Part shown: one piece after another, positions 1-11,500 of the stretch
Layout of the letters: the number at the start of each line of letters is the position of its first letter
Position numbering within the stretch: the stretch's first letter is position 1
Source of the DNA: an uncultured virus (IMG/VR IMGVR_UViG_2860823798_000002)
Lineage: Duplodnaviria; Heunggongvirae; Uroviricota; Caudoviricetes
Reading direction: 5' to 3' (one strand)
DNA: 64,000 nucleotides
IMG/VR virus record: IMGVR_UViG_2860823798_000002
The notes under the pieces: model-generated
Told to the model about the DNA's origin: nothing
Seen by the model: the letters and a program-made list of their open reading frames with translations, nothing else
Databases searched by the model: none
Translations under genes and position numbers: made by a program

Positions 1-300
1 TTACATTTGTTTAAGAAAGTCTCTGAGTACCTGCACTAAAACCTTAGCATCCTCTTTGTTTAATGTCATCAATTCCTCAGTCGAAATCCCATCATTGATT
101 TCCATTCTTAAACTAGGGTCAGCCAATATGGCTGATGAAATCTCTACAGCGTTTTCTTCAGTATCTTCTGAATCATTCTGAGGAGGGATATCAGGAGGAG
201 ACGCAACGAGACTAAGCTTAATTGATTTTTCTTCTCCGGTGTTAATATGTACTTCTGAAAAGTTTGATGGATAGGGGGAGTATGTAACAGTCGTTTTCAT
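1..300 (-). CDS. hypothetical protein
   Basis: 99-aa ORF directly after the holin in the same direction. Confidence 0.65.
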   Translation of the reverse strand: MKTTVTYSPYPSNFSEVHINTGEEKSIKLSLVASPPDIPPQNDSEDTEENAVEISSAILADPSLRMEINDGISTEELMTLNKEDAKVLVQVLRDFLKQM

Positions 301-318
301 TAAATCAGCCCTTTACTA

Positions 319-573
319 TTATTGTCTTGGCTCTTCATATTCCATTGCTTGATTGCTATCAGAGATGCCTTTAGTTGTGGGGTCAACTACAATGCCTAAT
401 GCAACCAACAATGTTAATATAGCGTTGAATTTTTCAGTTAGAGCAGCACTGTATACTGTTATGTCATATCCAAAAGCTGAAGCAATTGTTTGAACAAATA
501 AAAGTGTTGCAGAGAAAATTGTTACAAGGAATGTTTTCTTTTTCAGTCTTACTTTCCAGTTGATTTTATTCAT
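319..573 (-). CDS. phage holin (phi LC3 family)
   Basis: INWKVRLK...two hydrophobic segments...GIVVDPTTKGISDS; lysis cassette position. Confidence 0.92.
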   Translation of the reverse strand: MNKINWKVRLKKKTFLVTIFSATLLFVQTIASAFGYDITVYSAALTEKFNAILTLLVALGIVVDPTTKGISDSNQAMEYEEPRQ

Positions 574-591
574 AATATCAATCTCCTTTTC

Positions 592-978
592 TTATTTAAG
601 TCCGAAATGTATAAGCAACCATGCACCGACTAACGTTGCGATTACAGTAGGTAAAACCTTGTACATGAGGTCTTTACCGAATTGACCTGGATCAATTTTT
701 CTATTGGAATCTGATTGTTCCAGAATGCCCACTCGATTGTCGAGTTTTTCATATGATTTGCTTAGATTTTTTAAGCTGTTATTCATCTCAGTCAATGTGA
801 CAAATTGTTCGCGCGATTGTTTTTGGGCATCTTTGTTTATTTCGATTTGCTGTTCCATAAGAGTTGTTAGTCGACTCATGTCTTCAGTTCTTGCTTCTAA
901 ATTTGTAATTTTTTCTTGATGATTTTTCATTTTTTCTTCTAAGACACTTAACCGTGTATTTACATCTACTTCAGCCAC
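592..978 (-). CDS. holin-associated coiled-coil membrane protein (XhlA/BhlA-like role)
   Basis: Coiled coil plus C-terminal TM helix, between lysin and holin. Confidence 0.7.
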   Translation of the reverse strand: MAEVDVNTRLSVLEEKMKNHQEKITNLEARTEDMSRLTTLMEQQIEINKDAQKQSREQFVTLTEMNNSLKNLSKSYEKLDNRVGILEQSDSNRKIDPGQFGKDLMYKVLPTVIATLVGAWLLIHFGLK

Positions 979-1109
979 AAATTCAACCGTCCTTTATCAA
1001 TAATAAAGGAGGTGTACGTCATCCCACGTTGTTCACCTCCAGTAGAAATAGAGGATATCCATTGATCAATTAAAATCAACAGATATCCTTAATGATACTT
1101 AAATATCAA

Positions 1110-2198
1110 TTAGACTCTTGTGCCAAACTGACCTGAAACATAACCGCGTCTGCCATTGTAAATAACTTCCCAATAGCCTTTAGGGTTATTTTTCCCTTTC
1201 ACTGACCCGGAAATGTCAATTTTGCTGCCGAGTTTAATTGTCCCGATATTCTTTGAATTGTTGCGATCAGGTTTGTCCATAACAATTGCAGCATTTGATA
1301 CTCCAACAATTTTAATTTTTCCCACAGACTTAATTGAAGAAGAACCGGAGCTGGATTTTGATGCTGTTGATTTAGAAGGGGAGGAGGCAGTCTTCAAACT
1401 TCCTGAAACTTCAACATATTTATCAGATGAAGTAATGTAATATGTTGCTCCTTTAGAGTTTTTAACTTTGTACTGATAAGCACTTCCAACCTTAACTTTT
1501 TCAACAACAGTAGGGAAACCATAGCCTTTATTCACTGTACCAACAACATCTCTGTCTTCCCAAGAAGGTTTAGAATAGAAGCGAAGACCATTAACTTTTG
1601 ATTTCAGGGAGCCACTTGCAGCAGTAGAGGAGGAAGAACCTTTACTAGAGGGAGCTGTAGAATTTGAAACAGTTTTGTTTCCGAGCAGTCCATCAACTTT
1701 TTTGCGAAATGCTGCCAGCTTGCTTGAGTCACTTACCCAAGGGGCAGGACAGCTTTTGTTTGTTACATCATAATGACGGACGATTTTATCTGTAGACAAT
1801 TTGAATCTTTTACAAAGATCAGCAACCAATTCAGCAGCATTCTGCACAGTTTCATCATGAATGGTGCCGTTTTTCTCCACGCACATTTCAACGGAAATCG
1901 ATGTTTGGTTCGCATTTGGTTTTAGGAAGCTCACAAAGCAGCGGTTTTGATCGTGTGCATGATAAGCCATTTCATTTTCAGGAATAATATATTGCGCTTC
2001 ATTTCTATCTACAAAGTAATGAGCAGAAGCATAACGTTTATCAGCAATACATGTACCATTGAAATAATTTCGCTCATTTAACGCACTAGCTCCTGGAGTT
2101 GCAGTCCAGTGCATTACAATTCCTTTAACACCAGAAAGCTTTAGACCTGGACGAGTGTATTGATTGACTTTCACAAAATTTTTTACGACTTTAACCAA
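1110..2198 (-). CDS. blyA: endolysin, N-acetylmuramoyl-L-alanine amidase with C-terminal cell-wall binding domains
   Basis: Amidase_2 motifs IVMHWT, SAHYFVD, SISVEMC, VRHYDVTNKSCP; Ser-rich linkers; SH3b-like C terminus. Confidence 0.9.
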   Translation of the reverse strand: MVKVVKNFVKVNQYTRPGLKLSGVKGIVMHWTATPGASALNERNYFNGTCIADKRYASAHYFVDRNEAQYIIPENEMAYHAHDQNRCFVSFLKPNANQTSISVEMCVEKNGTIHDETVQNAAELVADLCKRFKLSTDKIVRHYDVTNKSCPAPWVSDSSKLAAFRKKVDGLLGNKTVSNSTAPSSKGSSSSTAASGSLKSKVNGLRFYSKPSWEDRDVVGTVNKGYGFPTVVEKVKVGSAYQYKVKNSKGATYYITSSDKYVEVSGSLKTASSPSKSTASKSSSGSSSIKSVGKIKIVGVSNAAIVMDKPDRNNSKNIGTIKLGSKIDISGSVKGKNNPKGYWEVIYNGRRGYVSGQFGTRV

Positions 2199-2353
2199 AT
2201 TAAATCACTCCTGTTTGTTTTTGAGCATTAAAAAAGAGACTGGCTAATTACCAATCTCTCTCGTTCTCACATATGCTCTTGTTTTCTCTGTTTTGCTAAA
2301 CTGTAGTTTGAATGAAATCTAAATTTTATTCAGAATTTAACCACCTCCTAAAG

Positions 2354-4258
2354 TTAGGATTCACTCTTAGTAGTTATTTTACGAATGTAATCATCTTTGT
2401 TCGTTCCGTAGTAGCCATTGAAATTGGACTCACCCAGAACAATGATACGGCCAGTTCCTTTGGTGTTGGCCACATTTACCTCGGTAGCTTCAGCTTCTAC
2501 TAAAATAGCGAATTCTTTTTCAACACCTCTAATTCGATTTCCTTCTATTCTTCCATCGTAGCCATTCTCAACATAAATTCCTCCACGGCCTCTTTCGCTA
2601 CTTTGTTCTTTATTATTATTTAATACATTATTATCTCTAACATCAAAATGGTCACATTTTTGAACAAATACACCGTTTCGGCCAGTGGTGTTGATCTCAT
2701 TCCTATCAATTGATACATGATAGGACTTTGTAACAGTGGAGGAGGTGTCTCTACTCTTAGCAAGGTATACTGCTTCTGTATCTACATTTGATACTCCATT
2801 GCCAGAAAAAAAAGTGTTGAAGCAACCTTCAACCCACATTCCTCTTCGTCCACCGTAAATTTTATTATTGCTAACGAAAACGTTTCTGGCAAAGACTAGC
2901 TTTATTGCCTGTTCATCATTGTATTTACCAACCTCTTTTCCTTTTAATTTGAAATAGTTGCCCGATATGCGGATTTCATCGTTCCAAGCTATTTCTTTAT
3001 TATAAATTTGACCAAACGCAACAACTCCACTGGATGTATAATCGTAGAAGTCATTTCCTTCAATTAACACGTTTTGTCCATTTTGCGGTCGATTCATCTG
3101 TACACCATCTGCATCTTTAGAGCTTTCAATTCCACCAGCAGCTTGTGAAATACGCACACACTCTTTATTGCGCATGAACACATTATTTGTAATTTTAACG
3201 TTGTTCCATTTAAAAGTTCGAACTCCAGCAAACCCACAGTCCTCAATAACATTATTAAAAATGGTGATATTACTTTGAAAAATATCATAAACAGCATAAT
3301 GGTTCCCTATAGCACAGCCCCAACCGCCTAACAAATCGGATTTTCCAAAATAATTATGCGCAATATAAACATTTGTGTTAGGTGTGCCATCGAATTCTCC
3401 AAATTGATTAAGTCCTATTTCAATGAATTCTCCAAGCTGAATAGCCTCTGAATAATTTCTCTGTCCAGTAAGATCAATAAAACCAGTAAATTTGCTATTT
3501 GTAATTCGAAGATTATCACATCCATTAGCATCAATCGCATGGGCGCTTATTGTATCTTTAAATGTTACATTGTCTATTGAAATATTTTTGGCGTGTCCAA
3601 GGATTATGGAATCCATAGCGCTCGTAGGGTACTTATCAATGTTTGCATAATTCCCATCTAAAATACCGCCTTCAATGATTATGTTTCCTCTTCCTGAATA
3701 ACCTTTGAATTTATCAGTTGGCGTTCCATTAGCAAAAAATCCTCCTGCCCACCCTCTGAGCAGAATACAATTGTGAGCCATAGTCACCCGAGTATTTTCA
3801 TAGACGAACATTCTTTTTTCAATTAAATATTTGCCACCGGGAATAAAGAGTTGTCCTCCGCCTTCTTTATGAATTTCATCCAGCGCTTTTTGAATAGCCC
3901 CGGCCGAAGGTTTTTCCCCAGTAGGATCTGCTCCATAACTAAGAACATTTTTAAAATAAATTTTTTTATTTAGGGAGCTGGAGCTTTCATTAATTATTTT
4001 CTCCAGATTAGTTATTTTATTATCAACGCCTTTATCCAATTGATCCACTTTCTCATTGATTTTGAGAAAGTCAGAGTCAATTCTTTCTTTAGCTGATGAG
4101 TAAACGTGATTATCATTGTCAATCTTTATATCATCTAAAGATTTAATATCATCAGCAGTATATCTATTGTTTTCAGATTTTAATCCTACGGCGTCTATTG
4201 GAATCCATTTCTGTGAATCTTCATCATAGTAGCCCATTGTGTTTACAGGGATTGACAT
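2354..4258 (-). CDS. yomE: tail spike / beta-helix depolymerase
   Basis: NVLSYGADPTG...AIQKALD...LFIPGGKY (pectate lyase 3-like) followed by parallel beta-helix repeats. Confidence 0.85.
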   Translation of the reverse strand: MSIPVNTMGYYDEDSQKWIPIDAVGLKSENNRYTADDIKSLDDIKIDNDNHVYSSAKERIDSDFLKINEKVDQLDKGVDNKITNLEKIINESSSSLNKKIYFKNVLSYGADPTGEKPSAGAIQKALDEIHKEGGGQLFIPGGKYLIEKRMFVYENTRVTMAHNCILLRGWAGGFFANGTPTDKFKGYSGRGNIIIEGGILDGNYANIDKYPTSAMDSIILGHAKNISIDNVTFKDTISAHAIDANGCDNLRITNSKFTGFIDLTGQRNYSEAIQLGEFIEIGLNQFGEFDGTPNTNVYIAHNYFGKSDLLGGWGCAIGNHYAVYDIFQSNITIFNNVIEDCGFAGVRTFKWNNVKITNNVFMRNKECVRISQAAGGIESSKDADGVQMNRPQNGQNVLIEGNDFYDYTSSGVVAFGQIYNKEIAWNDEIRISGNYFKLKGKEVGKYNDEQAIKLVFARNVFVSNNKIYGGRRGMWVEGCFNTFFSGNGVSNVDTEAVYLAKSRDTSSTVTKSYHVSIDRNEINTTGRNGVFVQKCDHFDVRDNNVLNNNKEQSSERGRGGIYVENGYDGRIEGNRIRGVEKEFAILVEAEATEVNVANTKGTGRIIVLGESNFNGYYGTNKDDYIRKITTKSES

Positions 4259-4273
4259 AACATTCCTCCTTTT

Positions 4274-5071
4274 TTACTCTTTCCTAATCCAGATCAAATC
4301 AGTTTCAGGAGCATCTATTGATGGTTTAACCCTTTTTTTACTTGGTGGTGTATTTGTTCTTAGCCAAACAGTCCTAATGTTATAAGGCTCAACATAGCTT
4401 GATACAATGTTGTAGCCGTCAAATTTATCAGAGATGCTAATGTTGACCCAATCAAAACCGTCCCAGCGATACTCGATTCCTGTTTCTCTGATAGTGACTG
4501 TCCAGCCAATTTGAGGATTTGGATAGGTATCTAAAAGATCTTTGTATGTGTAAACCATTGGGAGGTATATTTTTCTTGTGTTTTCAACCACGTTTTCATA
4601 ATCTGATGTTGCAGATCTTGTCCACTTAGTAATCTCTTTGGATTTTTCTGTAGCTTTTTCCGATTCCTCAGTAGCTTTACGAGCTCTTTCGGTTAGTGAA
4701 TCTAATGTCTCAGTTACTTCATTTCCGTCACGTTTTGTCCAAATACGAGAACCAGGGAAATAATAAGCACCTTCACCGCTGTATTTGAATTGAAGAGATT
4801 TTCCTTCATTTGACGCATTAAAAAAGACAACTCCATTAAGATAATCAACCTTAAAGTAGTCGTCTTGTAATTCACCATCTTCAATTTCTTTCCATAGCTT
4901 GCCGTCACCAGAGACTTCAATTCTCATTTCTCTGTTTGGGACTTCTGTTAATTGAGCCTTACCGTTATAAATCACCTGTGTTTCATTGTAAAGCTGGTAA
5001 GGATCATCAATCGATCCTTTTCTCTTCTTGGATAGAATAGGGTCGTTATAAAGTTTTGGAGTATCTTCCAA
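4274..5071 (-). CDS. yomF: baseplate/tail protein
   Basis: Synteny and size (265 aa). Confidence 0.75.
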   Translation of the reverse strand: MEDTPKLYNDPILSKKRKGSIDDPYQLYNETQVIYNGKAQLTEVPNREMRIEVSGDGKLWKEIEDGELQDDYFKVDYLNGVVFFNASNEGKSLQFKYSGEGAYYFPGSRIWTKRDGNEVTETLDSLTERARKATEESEKATEKSKEITKWTRSATSDYENVVENTRKIYLPMVYTYKDLLDTYPNPQIGWTVTIRETGIEYRWDGFDWVNISISDKFDGYNIVSSYVEPYNIRTVWLRTNTPPSKKRVKPSIDAPETDLIWIRKE

Positions 5072-5086
5072 AGGATCACCTCCACA

Positions 5087-7726
5087 TTAATTTTGTTTAA
5101 ATGCTTCCCAAATATATTTAACATTTAGTTTGTTTCCGCGAGTCTTGCTGTCTGAGCCCGTAATAAAATAATTCAAATCCAAAGAGCCGTATGTTTTATC
5201 TCCTCCTTCAAGATATGTCCCTGCTTCTCCATTCTGTATTGAGTAGCCTCCTAAACTACTTTGTATCATTAGCGTTGAATCAGTGGGGGAAGTGGAATAA
5301 ATCTTTACCATAGTAGGAATGAAGTTAAGGCTGATTGATCTACTTGGTTTTCCATCACCAATATATTCTCCGGATACGTATTGAGGGGGAGAGGGGAGAT
5401 CAGACTTTAGGACATATTCAGAAGCATTATAGCCGCCCAATTGAGTTGCACTTCCCGTAATTGAAGCATCAATTGTTCCTGTTTCATCTCGAACAGCTAT
5501 CGTGTTAGGAGAGGATGCTATCTCAGCACTATATCCATTTAACGAATCTGCAGAAGATACAGTTTGTTCAATCCACTTTTCACCATCGTAAAGTTCTTGT
5601 TTATTAGTTTTAGGATTGATCCAAACAGTGTTGACATCTGGATTTTCTGGTCTTTCTTCAGAAACAGCTTGGATTAGTCCATTTACTCGCCCATTGACTA
5701 CTGCAATAGCAGAAGGGAGGTAGGGGTTTTCTGTTATGTGTTTTGACTGAACAATGTCAGAGAGAATGATTCCAGTTCTCTCAATATCTGCATCAACTCT
5801 GCGGTAGGCTCTAACACCCACAGTGTAGTATTTATTCGAGGCAAGTCCCGTAAATTTATAGGAGCGCTTGTCATACTTCACATTAACCATTTCTTCGTGG
5901 CTCATCTTAGAACCAAACACATATTCATCAGGTGATTCACTGGAGTAGAGATAAACTTCAAACCCATCAATGTTGTATCTATCCTCATCAGAATCTGGGT
6001 ATTCCCATTTTAAAATAATATCTACTGAACCATTATCATTCAGCTCATGAGTAATTGCGGTTCCGTCTGATGCGACGGTAGGAGCTGCAACTGGGGTAGA
6101 AATTCGATCATTCCGGATTTTAAAATTCTCAGCGGTATTCATCCAGTCAATTTTTCTAATTGCATAGTCGTTGTTTATATGACTGACTGTATAAACGAGT
6201 TTGACCATCTTTTCTTTAACAGTTTCAACTCGTTGTGAATTTGACACAGTCAAATTAATCTTATTAGCCTCAAAGTCAAAGGTCATTTCAATTACTTTTG
6301 TTTTAAAATCAATACCAAGGCGATCATGTTGTACTCTAACAATATCTCCGATAGATAGCCTGTCCCAATTCTGATGTTCACTTATGATTCCAAAGAAATT
6401 AACAATGCTCATTGTAATATTGACAGGAGGGGTGTTGCGCTTTTTCATTTCCTCAAGTCCGGCTTCATAAAGGTCAGTTTCATCATAAAGATTGTCATTA
6501 GCCCATTCTTGCTCATTTATAAATTCCGCCAATTCTTCTTTGAGCTCATCATTAAGATGACTTTCAAGCGTCAATTTTCCCTTTAAAAGGGTTATTTTAT
6601 CTTGAATGTCCTTAATCAGTTTTTCTTTTTCTTCAATTTCCTTCTTTTTCGATTCAATTTCAATTTCTTTAGCTTTTCGCTCTTTTATAAGCTCGGCAGT
6701 TGGATCTTTCGCTTCTGTTGCTACTGCAATTTTATCTAAAATAATCTTGTATTCTAAATCAAGCTTTGCCTTTTCTGCGTTAAGTGTTGAGAGTTTCTTT
6801 TCTTCCTCGGTTTGTCGAGAGAGAAGGGAAGAGAATGTTTCAGTTTGAGAATCGATGAACTCATTAAAATCGAGGATTGCATGACATAATTCATCGCTCA
6901 TTTCGTAACTGTGAGTTATCACCTTGCGATCTTTATCTCGCTCAAATGGATAAAGAAAATATGTGAAATCTTCTATGTAAGCTTGTCCAGTTGGATTAGC
7001 AGCGTTTATTGAGAGATCATCTTTCCCAGTTACATAAAGCCTGGTACAGACTTCTTCAAGTTCTTCAGTATCTTCTATTGAATCCAAATACTGACCGTAT
7101 TTTAATCTCATCCCTTTGTAATTTGATACTTCATCTTCAGTATAGAAATGAACCTTTTTTTCTATGGTGTCAAATACAGGGACAGCTTCGAATGTCTCGC
7201 ATATTTTAAAGAGGAAGTCTAACTTTGTGGAAGAGGTAATATCAAAACTGCGGAATTTTTCATTGAACAGAGGATTTATGTATCCGGCTTTCCAGTTTGT
7301 GTTTGCAAAACAGTCATTTGTAACCTGTTGCATATTGTAGGAAGTGACTTCATATCTTCTAACTTTTCGATAGCTCAATTGATGTCCAAGTGACATGCAC
7401 GTAAATGTCAATAATTCATTGTCTGCGCCAGTTTTTTGTTTTGTTTTAATAATGAACCATTCATCTTTGAAGTTGTATGCAGAAAGCCTGACGAGCCTTC
7501 GTAATTTCAGGCGCTTAAGATGAGGATTCTTAACCCATTGTTTGTCTATTTCAATCTTTAGGGGTACTGTGAAAGACAGCTCATTGATTTCACCTAGCCT
7601 GATTGTTAAATTTACATTTGAGATATCGACAAGATTTGCGATTTTCTTTTTGTTAGCTTTAGCAAGTGAAAGTTTCGGCTTTCTTAAATTAAATGATCGC
7701 GTTACTTGTTGAAGCAGTAGAAGCAC
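5087..7726 (-). CDS. yomG: tail tip / Tal-like protein with FN3 domain
   Basis: Prophage tail endopeptidase-like N terminus, coiled coil, FN3-like YKFTGL..NKYYTVGVRAY; exact start uncertain. Confidence 0.8.
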   Translation of the reverse strand: MLLLLQQVTRSFNLRKPKLSLAKANKKKIANLVDISNVNLTIRLGEINELSFTVPLKIEIDKQWVKNPHLKRLKLRRLVRLSAYNFKDEWFIIKTKQKTGADNELLTFTCMSLGHQLSYRKVRRYEVTSYNMQQVTNDCFANTNWKAGYINPLFNEKFRSFDITSSTKLDFLFKICETFEAVPVFDTIEKKVHFYTEDEVSNYKGMRLKYGQYLDSIEDTEELEEVCTRLYVTGKDDLSINAANPTGQAYIEDFTYFLYPFERDKDRKVITHSYEMSDELCHAILDFNEFIDSQTETFSSLLSRQTEEEKKLSTLNAEKAKLDLEYKIILDKIAVATEAKDPTAELIKERKAKEIEIESKKKEIEEKEKLIKDIQDKITLLKGKLTLESHLNDELKEELAEFINEQEWANDNLYDETDLYEAGLEEMKKRNTPPVNITMSIVNFFGIISEHQNWDRLSIGDIVRVQHDRLGIDFKTKVIEMTFDFEANKINLTVSNSQRVETVKEKMVKLVYTVSHINNDYAIRKIDWMNTAENFKIRNDRISTPVAAPTVASDGTAITHELNDNGSVDIILKWEYPDSDEDRYNIDGFEVYLYSSESPDEYVFGSKMSHEEMVNVKYDKRSYKFTGLASNKYYTVGVRAYRRVDADIERTGIILSDIVQSKHITENPYLPSAIAVVNGRVNGLIQAVSEERPENPDVNTVWINPKTNKQELYDGEKWIEQTVSSADSLNGYSAEIASSPNTIAVRDETGTIDASITGSATQLGGYNASEYVLKSDLPSPPQYVSGEYIGDGKPSRSISLNFIPTMVKIYSTSPTDSTLMIQSSLGGYSIQNGEAGTYLEGGDKTYGSLDLNYFITGSDSKTRGNKLNVKYIWEAFKQN

Positions 7727-7729
7727 CTC

Positions 7730-8491
7730 CTAACGATATTTAAATCTATAATTGAAAAGAATTCTACATCTTCCTGAAACTCTAATGCGGTTCATCCCAT
7801 AGCCGAGTAGAAGGTATTCATCATTAAAATTATCGTAACGTTCATCTCCGTATATTGATGATTCTACAATTTCTTTTTCTCCAGTAACTGTTATGATTTC
7901 GCCATCTTCAAGATCGGTGAATTCAGAAGGGGAGGAGAAGCAACTTAAATTTTCAATTTTAACATCACCCTTACCGATCTTTTGAATTTTAAACGATGGA
8001 ATGATGGTGCATTCGCCTTTGTTGTTAATCTCAAGTGTTATGTTTTCCTTTGTAGCGTCGTGCCACGGTGTAGTTATCGACCTACTGTAGGCATAAGGAG
8101 AATCGCACCTCATAGTTAGCCTTACATAGCCTTCCTTGCTGGCATTGTGAACTAAATCATTTGCATCTACAGGCATTGCATAATAAACAATGTCAAGGTT
8201 GTCACTGAAAGAAAAAGGCTGGTATGTATCAACATCCAGCCATCGTTTAATGTTAGCGATTCTTTTTTGATTCCAGTGATCCTTTATATAAAAATTAAGA
8301 TTGAATTGCTTTGGGTCACGTTTTTTCCCTTCATAGAAGGGTGTATCATTACCCTTGATGGAGGTTTCATTAATTGATGAGGTAGCTAGGAATGTTTCTT
8401 CAACTAACCCTCCATCAGTATTGACGTTTTCAACACCCATATCTGTGGATTTTTCGTTCCCGAAAATAAAGTACAGGCTCTCTCTTATCAT
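7730..8491 (-). CDS. yomH: distal tail protein (Dit)
   Basis: Follows tape measure; LTMRCDSPYAYS motif; 253 aa. Confidence 0.82.
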   Translation of the reverse strand: MIRESLYFIFGNEKSTDMGVENVNTDGGLVEETFLATSSINETSIKGNDTPFYEGKKRDPKQFNLNFYIKDHWNQKRIANIKRWLDVDTYQPFSFSDNLDIVYYAMPVDANDLVHNASKEGYVRLTMRCDSPYAYSRSITTPWHDATKENITLEINNKGECTIIPSFKIQKIGKGDVKIENLSCFSSPSEFTDLEDGEIITVTGEKEIVESSIYGDERYDNFNDEYLLLGYGMNRIRVSGRCRILFNYRFKYR

Positions 8492-8547
8492 TGACGATAT
8501 ACCACCATCCTTTCAAAAAAACAGAAAGAGTCGACATCTTGCCGACT

Positions 8548-11500
8548 CTAAATTTTAACCCCTCTAGCTGATACAATGTTAAATGCTTCTCCTAAGAATT
8601 TATTTGCATCATCTTTAGAGCCAGTCATCTTATCTACATTAAAGTTAAAATTAAATGTTTGGTTACTTGTCGTTTGATTAGATGCAGCATTAGGGGAAGG
8701 GAGTGTAGCTTTTGTTTGGATATCTCCAAAAATGTTTCGGGTGAGCTCAACAATTTTCAAGACATTGCTTGTATCAGCTTTATTTAAAACAAGTTCTTGT
8801 TCATGGAGCATTGCAAGTCTTCCTGAACTGCCCCATGTTCCTGTATAGCCACCCACATCAAAAGAGGCAACTTTCTTACCTGTGGTATTTCCAGCGACTA
8901 CAACATTTAAAGCTTTGGAGGCTTCTTTAAGCTTATCAATTAGATTGTTGGAGATACTCTTACCAATAGATTCCATGTTGCTGTTAATGAACTTTGAAAA
9001 CTCGTTAAGCTGCTTGGCGATATCGGTAATCTTTCCATTCATCAACTTATCCTCAAGCTTTTTAAATGCTCTTTCGTCGTTGACAAGATCATCATACTTG
9101 GTGTTTATTGATTTCTCATCTTTTTCAAGTTGATCCTGTAATGCTTCTTTACGTTTAGAATTCTCACGATCCTTTAAAAATTCATCAAGATCTTGTTGTT
9201 GTTCTTGGAGTTGCTTATCTAAATCTTTTAGTTTTGCTTTTGCCTCATCTGAATCATCGAGAGACAGTTTGCTTATCTTGTCTTTTGTTTCTTGAATGGC
9301 ATCCTGTTTTTCTTTAAGGGATTTCTGGAACTTGGCTTCGTCGTCTTCTTTATCAATTTCATCGATTATATCTTGAGTTGCTTTTCGATGTGCTTCCAGC
9401 TCAATATCACGCATCTTTTCGTACATTTCTTTATAAATTGAAACGACTTCATCTGCGAGTGATTTATAGATATCTTTAATGGACTTCTTGGTGTTATAAA
9501 GCTCCAGGTTGTATTCCTTCTGTTTATCCTTCCAGTTTTCAATTTCCTCTGTGATTTGTTTCTGGATGTCAGGGAAACCTTTAGCTGCCTTTTTCTGTGC
9601 TTCAAGTTGCTTAATGTACTTTTTTGCTTCAGCTTGTTGCTGTTGAATCAATTTTATTTGCTGACTGTAGTACTTGACTTTTTGATTGTCATCCTCAGTC
9701 ATTTGAATCTTGATATCAACATCTTTAAGCTTGGATTCAGTTTTCTTAACAGATTTCTCAATATTATTGAGTGTCTGGTCAACCTGTGACTGAATTAGTT
9801 CCCCTTGTAGCTCTCTAACTTGGTCTTGCAAGGAGATGAGATCTAATTTAGCCTGTTTCAGCTCTTCTCTTAGTTGATCGCGTTGAGCATAGTTAAGTTT
9901 TTTATTTGTTTTTAACTCTTTGTTGATCCAGTTAATTTTTTGTTGTTGAATTTTGCGTTGCTCGTCAACAGCTTTCTTCTGCTCATTTGTATATTTGCGA
10001 AATTCCTTGCTGTCAGAAAGGTAACGTTTGGCTAAAGACTCATTTTTAGCAATTTTGACTTCTAGATCAGATTTCCGTTTATCAAATTCATCAAGCTTGG
10101 ATTGAACCAATTCGTATTGCAGGTCTTGAATTTGATCATTAACTGCATCTAAATCACCTTGCAAACCGATTAAATCCGATTTTGCCTGTGAAAGGGCTTG
10201 TTGTCTTTCAGCTTCAGACTGAGAAAGATCTGAGGTTAAACCCTGCATATACTTTTCTGGGTCAATTGGTTTGCCATTTTGCTCAATTTGTAGGTGGAGG
10301 TGGTTTCCTGTTGAGTGTCCAGTGCTTCCTACTTTACCTATTGTTTGGCCAGCAGATACAACATCACCTTTCTTAACTTTAAGGCCGTTTTGCATGTGCA
10401 TATATTTTGCAACTGTTCCATCATCCTGTTGAATGACAACCCAGTTACCTGCTGTTTTTGAATAGGTAGCGGTTATGACTTTACCAGCTTTCAATGCTTT
10501 TACAGGGGTTCCAGCTTTGGCTGCGAAGTCGGTTCCTTTGTGAGGAGAGGAGCGGAGACCACTTTCTTTTTGGCCAAACTTTGAGCTTACTCTAAATCCA
10601 TTCGCGCTGGTATAGTAATTAGCGATTTTTGATGTCGCGGTAGATAAGCTCTTATTGTAGTTAGAAAGAATAGTCTTAACGTAATTTTGTGTTTCTTTGA
10701 AAGGAGGGACGCCACCATATTTAATAACGTTTCCTGGCCCCGCGTTGTAAGCAGCTAAAGCTTTCTCGATGTTTCCGCCAAACTTGTTAAGCATCTGAGA
10801 AATATATTTTGTGCCGCCCATAATGTTTTGGTAGGGATCATATGCATTTTTTACACCTAGACTTTTTGCAGTACTAGGCATGAGTTGCATTAAACCCATT
10901 GCTCCAGCGCTAGAACGAGCTTTGGCATTGAAGCTTGATTCTTGTTTAATAATTGCCGCGATTAGGGCAGGGTCAACACCATATTTGCTTGCCGCAGCAT
11001 TAATGTAAGAAGAGTATTTTCCGGAATATGATCCTCCAGAAGAATATGAGCCTGATGAAGAACCAGAAGAGGAAGAGGAGGTAACAAGTCCAGTTTGAGG
11101 AATATAACCAGATTTGATTTGCTGTTTCAGCAGTTTAATCTGATCTTGCATCAGCTTTTTCTTACGCTCTAATGCCTTGATTTCCTTATTGATTGCGTCT
11201 CTGTATTTTTGTGACCATTTAGGATAATCATTGGTTTGCTTGTTGTATTTCTCAATTTCCGCATTTACTTTTTCAAGGGATTCTTTATATTTATCAATGA
11301 CGTATTTGGATTTCTCAGTTTCTTTGCTAGCTTTTTCTTGTTCATCAGAATATTTCTCAAGGGACGTACCAACTTCATTTAAAGATGAGTTGGCCAATTC
11401 AGCCATTTTATCCAGATCTTCTAACTGTCCAGTGACGTCGCTCAACTCGTTTATTTCTTTAATGATTGGCATTGCCATCTGGATATTGCCACTTTCCATC

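Noticed and set aside
11020..11085. Low-complexity GAAGA/GAG repeats (also at about 1335-1390 and 1615-1665)
   Set aside because: Encode Ser/Gly linkers of tape measure and lysin
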